In this document: in pieces, positions 9,772 through 17,757 of the stretch | How the letters are laid out: every line of letters starts with the position of its first letter | Numbering within the stretch: position 1 is the first letter of the stretch | Source: an uncultured Candidatus Saccharibacteria bacterium | GTDB taxonomy: Bacteria; Patescibacteriota; Saccharimonadia; CAILAD01; BJGX01 | Length of the DNA stretch: 64,000 nucleotides | Assembly: GCA_964390265.1 (NCBI GenBank) | Contig: CAYMHI010000003.1 | Location: 1,332-65,331 of the forward strand | Reading direction: 5' to 3' | Position numbers and translations under genes: made by a program | Notes under the pieces: generated by a model | The model's database searches: none | The model's input: the letters and a program-made list of their open reading frames with translations, nothing else | What the model was told of the DNA's origin: nothing

Positions 9772-9896
9772 ATAAAGAGCTTAAATCTATTAAGTTTTTA
9801 ATCCGACAAGTATTGTATCACGCTAGTGCTTATTTGTCAATACTATTTTCTCCATATTATTTATTACTCTTATGGTCTATAGATAAGCACAGTTTT

Positions 9897-10748
9897 ATGA
9901 ATATACAAGAATTATCATATAATAGCAATAGTTATCCGCAGCTTTTAAGCAACATATCATCACCGCCCAAAAAACTCTACTGCTTAGGGCAAATTCCTGA
10001 CTTACCTATGGTGGCAATTGTTGGTAGCCGTAAACCAAGTAATTATGGCGAACAAATGACCCACCAATTAGCCTACGACCTCGCCAGTGCTGGAATGTGC
10101 ATAGTAAGTGGCTTAGCCTACGGCGTAGATGCAATTGCGCACCGTGCCGCACTTGAGGCTGGTGGAAAAGTAGTGGCCGTACTGGGCACACCACTAGACA
10201 CTATCTACCCAGCAGCCAATAGAGATCTCGCCAAAAAAATACTTGGCCATGGAGGAGCCATATTAAGTGAATACGAGGTAGGTACCAATACTCAACGATT
10301 TAATTTTCCGGCTCGCAATAGAATAATAGCTGGCTTAAGCTTAGCCACCATTATCACCGAGGCTAATGCCCAGAGCGGCAGCCTTATAACCGCTAATTTT
10401 GCCATCACTAACGATAGGTTGGTAATGGCCGTACCAGGTAACCTCACCAGCCCACGAAGTGCTGGGCCCAATAATCTCATTAAACTAGGCGCCAAACTAA
10501 TTACCGATGCCACCGATGTGCTAGCCGAACTAGAACTCAAAAGTAGTGTATTGCAGGCCAAAAAGATTGCTCCCGCTAGTAAAGAGGAGGCTATAGTATC
10601 CGAACTAATCGCCGCAGGGCATAACAACACTCATACCATGATAGAAAATAGTGAGTTTGATGCCGCCCGGCTTGCACATGTTCTTAGCCTAATGGAGATT
10701 ACTGGCAAGATACGTAATCTTGGTGCCGGACAGTGGATGTTGAATTAA
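9897..10748 (+). CDS. dprA: DNA processing protein DprA (Smf), Rossmann-like DNA-binding domain
   Basis: AIVGSRKPSNYGEQ...GLAYGVDAIAHRAALEAGGKVVAVLGTPLD signature. Start placed at the internal ATG (MNIQEL...) rather than the ORF-track start 9813, because the first 28 codons are hydrophobic and poorly DprA-like. Confidence 0.7.
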   Translation: MNIQELSYNSNSYPQLLSNISSPPKKLYCLGQIPDLPMVAIVGSRKPSNYGEQMTHQLAYDLASAGMCIVSGLAYGVDAIAHRAALEAGGKVVAVLGTPLDTIYPAANRDLAKKILGHGGAILSEYEVGTNTQRFNFPARNRIIAGLSLATIITEANAQSGSLITANFAITNDRLVMAVPGNLTSPRSAGPNNLIKLGAKLITDATDVLAELELKSSVLQAKKIAPASKEEAIVSELIAAGHNNTHTMIENSEFDAARLAHVLSLMEITGKIRNLGAGQWMLN

Positions 10749-10817
10749 GTATTTACTAATTAATCTTAAAGTGATATTATAGCCCAGTTATTTAGCACCT
10801 ACTGAAGAGAGATCACT

Positions 10818-11240
10818 ATGAAAGCCTTTGTAGCATATCGCCATACCGGTGAAGATCCAGTCAAGCTGAGGCAATACATGTCAGCTCTACAATTTGCTTC
10901 TCAACAATCAGGGCTTGAGTATTACTGCACCTACTTTGATGAAAACGTTTTTCAAGACAGACTGATGGGGCCGCGCGATATCATGCACCACGCTTTTAAC
11001 ACAATCAAGAACGAGTGCGATTTCTTACTCGTTATTCTGGCCTCTGACGAAAAAAGTGAAGGCATGCTAATGGAGGTGGGCTACTGCATCGCCAACAACA
11101 TCCCGGTGGTCGTGGTTGTCTCAACCGAAGTTCAGAATTCGTACTTGCCCGAACTAGCCAATCAAGTATTTTGGTGGACACAAATTGGCGAGCTAGAGGA
11201 GGCTTTGACTAGGGTCGACATTCGGCACCTGGTCAAGTAA
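10818..11240 (+). CDS. Standalone nucleoside 2-deoxyribosyltransferase-like (SLOG/Rossmannoid) protein, 140 aa
   Basis: MKAFVAY N-terminus; DFLLVILASDEKSEGMLMEVGYCIANNIPVVVV resembles the NDT active-site region (acidic residue plus E-x-GY). Confidence 0.4.
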   Translation: MKAFVAYRHTGEDPVKLRQYMSALQFASQQSGLEYYCTYFDENVFQDRLMGPRDIMHHAFNTIKNECDFLLVILASDEKSEGMLMEVGYCIANNIPVVVVVSTEVQNSYLPELANQVFWWTQIGELEEALTRVDIRHLVK

Positions 11241-11303
11241 CTTATTCACCCCTTAGCGGGGTGTTTTTATTTTGTTATAAATAGTTTGCTATAATGAGTC
11301 TAT

Positions 11304-13133
11304 ATGTGTGGAATAGTTGGCTGTACAGGCAATAAGCAAGCAGGCCCAATTTTGTTGGAAGGCTTAAAGCGCTTGGAGTACCGAGGCTATGACTCGGCGG
11401 GAATTGCGACTATAGCCTCTGGCAAGTTATCAATTGTTAAAGAAAAAGGTAAACTCGATAATCTCAAGTTATCTCTCTCTAAGAAACCTCTAAAAGGTAA
11501 TGTTGGGATTGGTCACACCCGTTGGGCCACCCATGGGGAGCCATCAAAGCTTAATGCGCACCCACATGTAGCCGGCAATACCATCGCAGTAGTTCATAAT
11601 GGAATAATAGAAAACTATTCCGAACTCAAAAAATCACTATACAAGAAAGGCTATAAATTCCTAAGTGACACCGACAGCGAGGTAATAGCCTGGCTTATTT
11701 ATGATTATTACCTTAAATCTAAAGATATATTGAAGGCATCTCAACAATGTGTAGCCCAATTAGAAGGAACTTTTGGCATCTTGGTAATTTGCAAAGATCT
11801 ACCAGACACAATCGTAGCAATACGTCGAGGCAGCCCGCTACTTATAGGGATCGGCAAAAACGAAATATATTTTGCCAGCGACACTAACGCGATAGTAAAT
11901 TACACAAACAAAATAGTATACCTTAAAGACAATGAGTTGGCCGTATGTGAAGGTGGTGACTACCAAATAATAGATTTTGAAAATAATATACAAAAGCGCG
12001 ATGTAAACCGTATTGATACCTCGAGCGCAATCATTAAGAAGGGTGGATATAAACACTTTTTATTAAAAGAAATAATGGAACAGCCAGAAGTAATAATAAA
12101 TGCTACCCGGGGTAGACTAAGACCGCAAGAAGGTAGCGCCGTTTTGGGTGGAATCAATTTGACTCCTAATAGACTAAATCGATTTGATAGGTTATTAACA
12201 ATAGGCTGTGGCAGCGCTTACTATGCGGGATTGCTAGGTAAGTACATATTAGAGCGTATCGCCCTTGTACCAGTAGACATAGAATACGCGTCAGAGTTTC
12301 GCTACCGTCAGCCAGTTATTAATAAAAACACCTTGGCATTGATTATAAGCCAATCTGGCGAAACGGCCGACAGCTTGGCGAGCCTACAAGAACTCAAGCG
12401 AAAAAACATATTTACACTTGGCATAATCAATACGGTAGGCTCAACAATTGCTCGTGAGGTAGATGGCGGCACCTACATTCACGCCGGGCCAGAAATATCG
12501 GTGGCATCTACCAAAGCCTTTAGTGCTCAGGTAATTGTGCAAACTATGTTGGCCATTCAGATTGCTAGAGGTAAAACTATGAATATTACAGAAGGCCAGG
12601 CCATAGTTAAGGCTATATCTCTGCTACCGGAGCTGATCCAAAAAGTGCTTGATGCAAAAAAGCAAATTGAAATAATTGCCAAAAAGGTAGCAAAATACAA
12701 TGATGTGTTTTATTTGGGTAGAGATTTGTTGTACCCAATTGCTCTTGAGGGTTCTCTTAAACTAAAAGAAATTAGCTATATACATGCCGAGGCCTACCCA
12801 GCCGGCGAGATGAAGCACGGGCCAATTGCTTTAATCGACAAAAATTTCTTAAGCGTGTTTTTGTGCCCCCAAAATAGCACTTACTCAAAGACTCTAAGTA
12901 ACCTTGAGGAAACCAAAGCCCGTGGTGGTGAGGCGGTAATAGTTGCCAGCGAGGGAGATAAAGAGGTAACTAAGCACTCAACTAATATTATTAGCATTCC
13001 AGTTTGCGATGAGCTTATACAGCCACTGGTTGTAAATGTTGCATTGCAACTCTTTGCTTACTTTGTGGCAGTAGAACGTGGCACCGATGTAGATCAACCC
13101 CGCAACTTAGCCAAAAGTGTCACAGTAGAGTAG
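11304..13133 (+). CDS. glmS: Glutamine--fructose-6-phosphate aminotransferase (isomerising)
   Basis: N-terminal MCGIVG Ntn-amidotransferase nucleophile, two SIS domains, C-terminal ...VTVE. Confidence 0.85.
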   Translation: MCGIVGCTGNKQAGPILLEGLKRLEYRGYDSAGIATIASGKLSIVKEKGKLDNLKLSLSKKPLKGNVGIGHTRWATHGEPSKLNAHPHVAGNTIAVVHNGIIENYSELKKSLYKKGYKFLSDTDSEVIAWLIYDYYLKSKDILKASQQCVAQLEGTFGILVICKDLPDTIVAIRRGSPLLIGIGKNEIYFASDTNAIVNYTNKIVYLKDNELAVCEGGDYQIIDFENNIQKRDVNRIDTSSAIIKKGGYKHFLLKEIMEQPEVIINATRGRLRPQEGSAVLGGINLTPNRLNRFDRLLTIGCGSAYYAGLLGKYILERIALVPVDIEYASEFRYRQPVINKNTLALIISQSGETADSLASLQELKRKNIFTLGIINTVGSTIAREVDGGTYIHAGPEISVASTKAFSAQVIVQTMLAIQIARGKTMNITEGQAIVKAISLLPELIQKVLDAKKQIEIIAKKVAKYNDVFYLGRDLLYPIALEGSLKLKEISYIHAEAYPAGEMKHGPIALIDKNFLSVFLCPQNSTYSKTLSNLEETKARGGEAVIVASEGDKEVTKHSTNIISIPVCDELIQPLVVNVALQLFAYFVAVERGTDVDQPRNLAKSVTVE

Positions 13134-13204
13134 TTACACAGATTGACTATCGTATAAATTACTATATAATCTGTAGCGTAAATGCACCTACGAGGGGAGA
13201 GAAT

Positions 13205-13648
13205 ATGTGGTTTAAGTCTAGTGACAAGAGACTTATTGATGTTTCGAGTTGCTCATTGCAACTTATGGCAGACCCTAATGGCAAATGGGGAGATCAAGCA
13301 ATCATGCTTAGCGGCCCTTTTCAACGAGCCCTGTTTACAGACAGGCATATTCGGCGACATAACACCGCGATCGTGACAGAAATCACTATGGCCGACGTAT
13401 GGCTAGCTCTCGAGCAGCTATTGCAGGAGGGACTCAACATTGTTGCCGAAAACGACGAGCAAGTTCTTGATAGAGCCCAGGCTATTGTAGATGCCAGCAC
13501 AGTAAAAACAAATTCATCAAGTGTAGCTAATGCGCCACCCGACACTTTCTCAATGGTAATTCATACCACTTATGGACCAGTACGTGGCACTTTCCTGGCC
13601 GATCCACTCGTTGACGCCAAAACCGAACCCGGAGAAGGCGACTCGTAA
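13205..13648 (+). CDS. Hypothetical protein (147 aa), GC-shifted, strong RBS GAGGGGAGAG
   Basis: ORF track; RBS; no domain recognised. Confidence 0.35.
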   Translation: MWFKSSDKRLIDVSSCSLQLMADPNGKWGDQAIMLSGPFQRALFTDRHIRRHNTAIVTEITMADVWLALEQLLQEGLNIVAENDEQVLDRAQAIVDASTVKTNSSSVANAPPDTFSMVIHTTYGPVRGTFLADPLVDAKTEPGEGDS

Positions 13649-13750
13649 CGACTTAGCTCAACTGTTTTGGTTGGGCTTTTTATTTACAAATGCAGTTATT
13701 TATATATAATAGTCACCAGCTATAATACCCCAGCGAAAGAGAGCTAGAAA

Positions 13751-14050
13751 ATGTGGCTACTAACTAAAGACAATTTTGCAATCAACTTGGCTACCGGCGC
13801 CAAATTGTACGTTACAGATCTACCAGTATCAAGGTTTAAAGCAATTTGCCTGGTACTTCCAGGCGAAAAGGAGATGAGAATCTGGCACGAAGGTAATATT
13901 GAAGCCTACCTAGCTGAAGAAGATAGAGTTAGCAAAGTATCTATCTATGATGTCTTTGGTGAGCTGGTAGGCTGCCTACGTAGGGGCGATGGCTTTAGAG
14001 AAATAGGTGAAGTTGTTGAGCTAGCAATAACAGCTATTAACTTGGAATAG
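13751..14050 (+). CDS. Hypothetical protein (99 aa), GC-shifted
   Basis: ORF track; own TATATAAT-like -10 element and RBS AAAGAGAG. Confidence 0.35.
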   Translation: MWLLTKDNFAINLATGAKLYVTDLPVSRFKAICLVLPGEKEMRIWHEGNIEAYLAEEDRVSKVSIYDVFGELVGCLRRGDGFREIGEVVELAITAINLE

Positions 14051-14189
14051 TCTAAACAAATTTTTACTCCGTCTACGTCTAAGTAGTCGGTTTTTTATTT
14101 GACAAAATATATTTATGTCTGTTAGTATCGGCAACTCATGCAATAACTTGCAATTATTATATTAAAGCGTTAGCATAATACAAACTCTT

Positions 14190-16499
14190 ATGGCAAAAAA
14201 ATTACTTATAGTAGAATCACCGGCAAAAGCCAAAACAATCGAAAAGTACCTGGGCTCAGACTACCAGGTGCTTTCAAGCTACGGCCATATACGTGATCTG
14301 CCCAAAAGTGGTATGAGTATAGATATAGAACATAATTTTGAGCCCAACTACGAGATTCCGCCAGAGTCAAAAAAAACTATAGCAGCTCTTAAAAAAGCCA
14401 CCAAAGACAAAGAAGTACTGCTAGCCACCGATGAAGACCGAGAGGGAGAAGCTATAAGTTGGCATTTGTGCGAGGCCCTAAAGCTGGACCCTAAAAGCAC
14501 TAAACGAATTGTGTTTCACGAAATCACCAAAAAAGCTTTAATAGAAGCGGTTAATAACCCTCGCAAAGTAGACTTAAATTTAGTAAATGCCCAACAAGCT
14601 CGTCGAGTATTAGATAGATTGGTCGGATACGAATTGAGCCCGGTGATATGGAAAAAAATCCGCCCTGGTCTAAGTGCTGGTAGAGTTCAGTCTGTCGCGG
14701 TGCGCTTTATAGTAGAACGCGAACGAGAAATTGAAAGTTACGTTGCGACATCTACTTATAGAGTATCTGCCGAGTTTAATCTTGGTAAAGACGGGTTATT
14801 GCTGGCCGAACTCAAAGACAAACTAGCATCACTACAAGAGGCTAATGACTTTTTGGACTCCTTAAAAAAAGCTAAGTTTACCGTGTCAGCTCTAGAGAAA
14901 AAACCTGGAAAAAAATCACCTTCACCGCCTTTTACTACCTCAACTCTCCAGCAAGCTGCTAGCTCACAACTCGGCTTTTCGGTGCGTCAAACCATGGTGC
15001 TGGCTCAGAAATTATATGAGGCTGGTAAGATTACCTATATGCGTACCGACTCACTCAATTTATCTGAGGCCTCTATAAAACACGCCGTCGATGAAATCAA
15101 AAAAAACTTTGGAGATAAATATGTAAAAACAAGGCGGTTTAAAACTAAATCGGCCGGTGCTCAAGAGGCCCATGAGGCTATTAGGCCAACGGATTTTTCT
15201 GTTGAAAAGGGCAGTGAAGACTCTGGCCAGCAACGATTATATAAACTCATACGAGCGCGTGCTCTGGCCTCACAAATGGCCGAGGCAGTGATTGAGCGAT
15301 CGGTAGTTACTATTAGCATTAGTAACTCTAAGCGTGTTTTTGTCGCCAAAGGCGAGATAGTAGTGTTTGATGGCTTTTTAAAAGTTTATGGAAAAATGGT
15401 GGATGATATTATTTTGCCGCCTCTTAGCAATGGCCAGAAGCTCGAAGCTCAAACAATCACTGCTCGTGAGACTTTTGATAGACCGCCTGCTAGATACACC
15501 GAGGCTAGCTTGGTAAAAAAACTTGAGGCTGAAGGAATAGGCCGACCAAGCACCTATGCACCTACTATTTCCACTATCCAATACCGTGAGTACGTAGTTA
15601 AAGAAAGTCGCGATGGAGAACCAAGAGAAGTGAATGTTGTTACACTTTCCAACAATAAGCTCGATAACATTATCGAGCAAGAGAATTACGGCGTTGAAAA
15701 AAATAAGCTATTCCCAACCGATACCGGTAAGGTGGTTACGGACTTTTTAGTCAAGTATTTCCCATCTATAGTAGACTATAGTTTTACCGCTAAGGTAGAG
15801 GAGGAATTTGATAAAATTGCCGAAGGTGACGAAAAATGGAACACCATGATTGCCGATTTTTACAAACCATTTCATAAATTAGTGGTTAAATCTGAAGACA
15901 TTTCGCGCCACGATGCCAACCAGGGTAGAGTGCTTGGTAAAGACCCCAAATCAGGTAAGCCAGTGATTGCGAGGCTAGGTAAATATGGAGCAATGATTCA
16001 AATAGGCCAAGCCGAGGACGAGGAAAAACCAAAATTTGCTCCTATGCCGGCCGGCAAACAGCTTGCCGACGTAACACTGCAAGAAGCTCTTAAGATGTTT
16101 GAGTTGCCTAGAGTGGTAGGGAATACACCTGAAGGTGAAGAGATTACCGCTAATTTTGGCCGGTTTGGACCGTATGTGAAGTTTGGTAGTACTTTTGTTT
16201 CTATAAAGGGCGATGATCCATTTTCTATAACTTTAAAAAAAGCCCTGGAACTCATTGCAGCAAAGAAAAAAGCCGATAAAGAAAAGGTAATCAACACCTT
16301 TGAAAAAGAAGGTATATCGGTTTTAAATGGTCGATATGGTCCATATATTACAGATGGTAAAACCAACGTAAAAATACCTAAAGATGTTGAACCTAAAACC
16401 ATTACAGCAAAGAAAGCTCAAGAGCTACTAGTAAATAAACCTGTTGGCAGGCAGTCCAAAAGAAAGCCAGCTACGAAAAAGGCAACAAAAAAGCGTTGA
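14190..16499 (+). CDS. topA: DNA topoisomerase I with Toprim domain and C-terminal basic tail
   Basis: MAKKLLIVESPAKAKTIEKYLG Toprim N-terminus; catalytic Tyr region; 769 aa. Confidence 0.85.
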   Translation: MAKKLLIVESPAKAKTIEKYLGSDYQVLSSYGHIRDLPKSGMSIDIEHNFEPNYEIPPESKKTIAALKKATKDKEVLLATDEDREGEAISWHLCEALKLDPKSTKRIVFHEITKKALIEAVNNPRKVDLNLVNAQQARRVLDRLVGYELSPVIWKKIRPGLSAGRVQSVAVRFIVEREREIESYVATSTYRVSAEFNLGKDGLLLAELKDKLASLQEANDFLDSLKKAKFTVSALEKKPGKKSPSPPFTTSTLQQAASSQLGFSVRQTMVLAQKLYEAGKITYMRTDSLNLSEASIKHAVDEIKKNFGDKYVKTRRFKTKSAGAQEAHEAIRPTDFSVEKGSEDSGQQRLYKLIRARALASQMAEAVIERSVVTISISNSKRVFVAKGEIVVFDGFLKVYGKMVDDIILPPLSNGQKLEAQTITARETFDRPPARYTEASLVKKLEAEGIGRPSTYAPTISTIQYREYVVKESRDGEPREVNVVTLSNNKLDNIIEQENYGVEKNKLFPTDTGKVVTDFLVKYFPSIVDYSFTAKVEEEFDKIAEGDEKWNTMIADFYKPFHKLVVKSEDISRHDANQGRVLGKDPKSGKPVIARLGKYGAMIQIGQAEDEEKPKFAPMPAGKQLADVTLQEALKMFELPRVVGNTPEGEEITANFGRFGPYVKFGSTFVSIKGDDPFSITLKKALELIAAKKKADKEKVINTFEKEGISVLNGRYGPYITDGKTNVKIPKDVEPKTITAKKAQELLVNKPVGRQSKRKPATKKATKKR

Positions 16500-16621
16500 C
16501 CTTATACAACTAAAGTGATATAATTTAACTAAGTAATTTGTTAATTTGTCATATGTAGTATATGGACTTTAATAAATCTGCAAAATATTATCATTGTTAT
16601 AATTAATAGGAACGTAAACTT

Positions 16622-17689
16622 ATGCCAATTAAGAAACAAAATGTAAGTCAAAAACAGCTAGATTCACTTATTAATGACAGTCTTGAGTTACTCAAAAAAG
16701 ACCGAGATAGAGAGATATTACTACGACGCTACGGTGTAGCCACTGGTAAAACCCAAACTCTAGAACAAATTGGCCAAGACTTAGGCATTACTCGTGAACG
16801 TGTTCGACAGATAGAGAAGGCAGCTATCACCAAGATTCGCGAGCAAGCTCGTCACGATCATGAACTAAATGACATATTAGTAGCTATTACCAATGAAAAG
16901 GGCGGAATAATTGGCTTCGCCTCGCTAATAAATGAACTCGGCCTTGATGGAAAGCAACGTCCGCACTTAAGTTTTTTACTCAAACTTAACCCCAACTTTA
17001 CCTTTTTAGACCGTAGTGATCAGCACGCTGATTTGGTGTTTCTAAGTGACAGCTACAAAGAGGATGGGGTACGTAAATTACACGAACAAATCATAACTGT
17101 CGCCAAAGAGAGTGGCAAACCAGTTAAATTTGATAAATTAGTCAGTAAAATTAGCGGTGAGCACAAAACACAATCACTGCAAGAGCTAGCAGCGGCCAGC
17201 ACCCAGTTAGCTCAACTAGATAACGTATGGGGGTTAAGCATATGGCCTGAGGTCAACCCTAAAAGCATTCGTGACAAAATATATTTGGTACTCAAAAAGG
17301 GTGGTCGCCCAATGCACTTTACCGAAATTTCTACAAAAATAGAGGTAATGCCTGCCAACCCCAAAAAAGTTACTACTCAAGCCGTGCACAATGAGCTTAT
17401 TAAAGACTCTAGATTCGTGCTGATTGGTCGAGGTATTTACGCACTAGGCGAATGGGGCTATCAAAGCGGCACGGTTGCCGATATAATTGAAGAAGTACTA
17501 CGAGAAAATTCACCAATTAGCAGAGAAGATATTATTACTCAAGTTTTGGCTCGCAGACAAGTCAAAACTACCACTATCACGCTAAATCTGCAAGAAAAAC
17601 CGCAATTCGTACGTACCAGCAATGGCGATTATCAGCTCAAAAAGGGCTATAAGCCCAGCCCTAGCAAAAGCCGTCGCGGCGGTCGGTAA
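16622..17689 (+). CDS. DNA-binding protein with N-terminal sigma-70 region-4-like HTH and C-terminal HARE-HTH-like domain(s)
   Basis: LLRRYGVATGKTQTLEQIGQDLGITRERVRQIEKAAITKIR (sigma r4 pattern); MHFTEISTKIE...DSRFVLIGRGIYALGEWGY (RpoE-delta/HARE-HTH pattern). Confidence 0.5.
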   Translation: MPIKKQNVSQKQLDSLINDSLELLKKDRDREILLRRYGVATGKTQTLEQIGQDLGITRERVRQIEKAAITKIREQARHDHELNDILVAITNEKGGIIGFASLINELGLDGKQRPHLSFLLKLNPNFTFLDRSDQHADLVFLSDSYKEDGVRKLHEQIITVAKESGKPVKFDKLVSKISGEHKTQSLQELAAASTQLAQLDNVWGLSIWPEVNPKSIRDKIYLVLKKGGRPMHFTEISTKIEVMPANPKKVTTQAVHNELIKDSRFVLIGRGIYALGEWGYQSGTVADIIEEVLRENSPISREDIITQVLARRQVKTTTITLNLQEKPQFVRTSNGDYQLKKGYKPSPSKSRRGGR

Positions 17690-17757
17690 CTAAAAGCCGA
17701 TTACAAATTTTTATATATTTACCTTAACTTGTTCCGTCTTATTTTAAATAGCACCTC

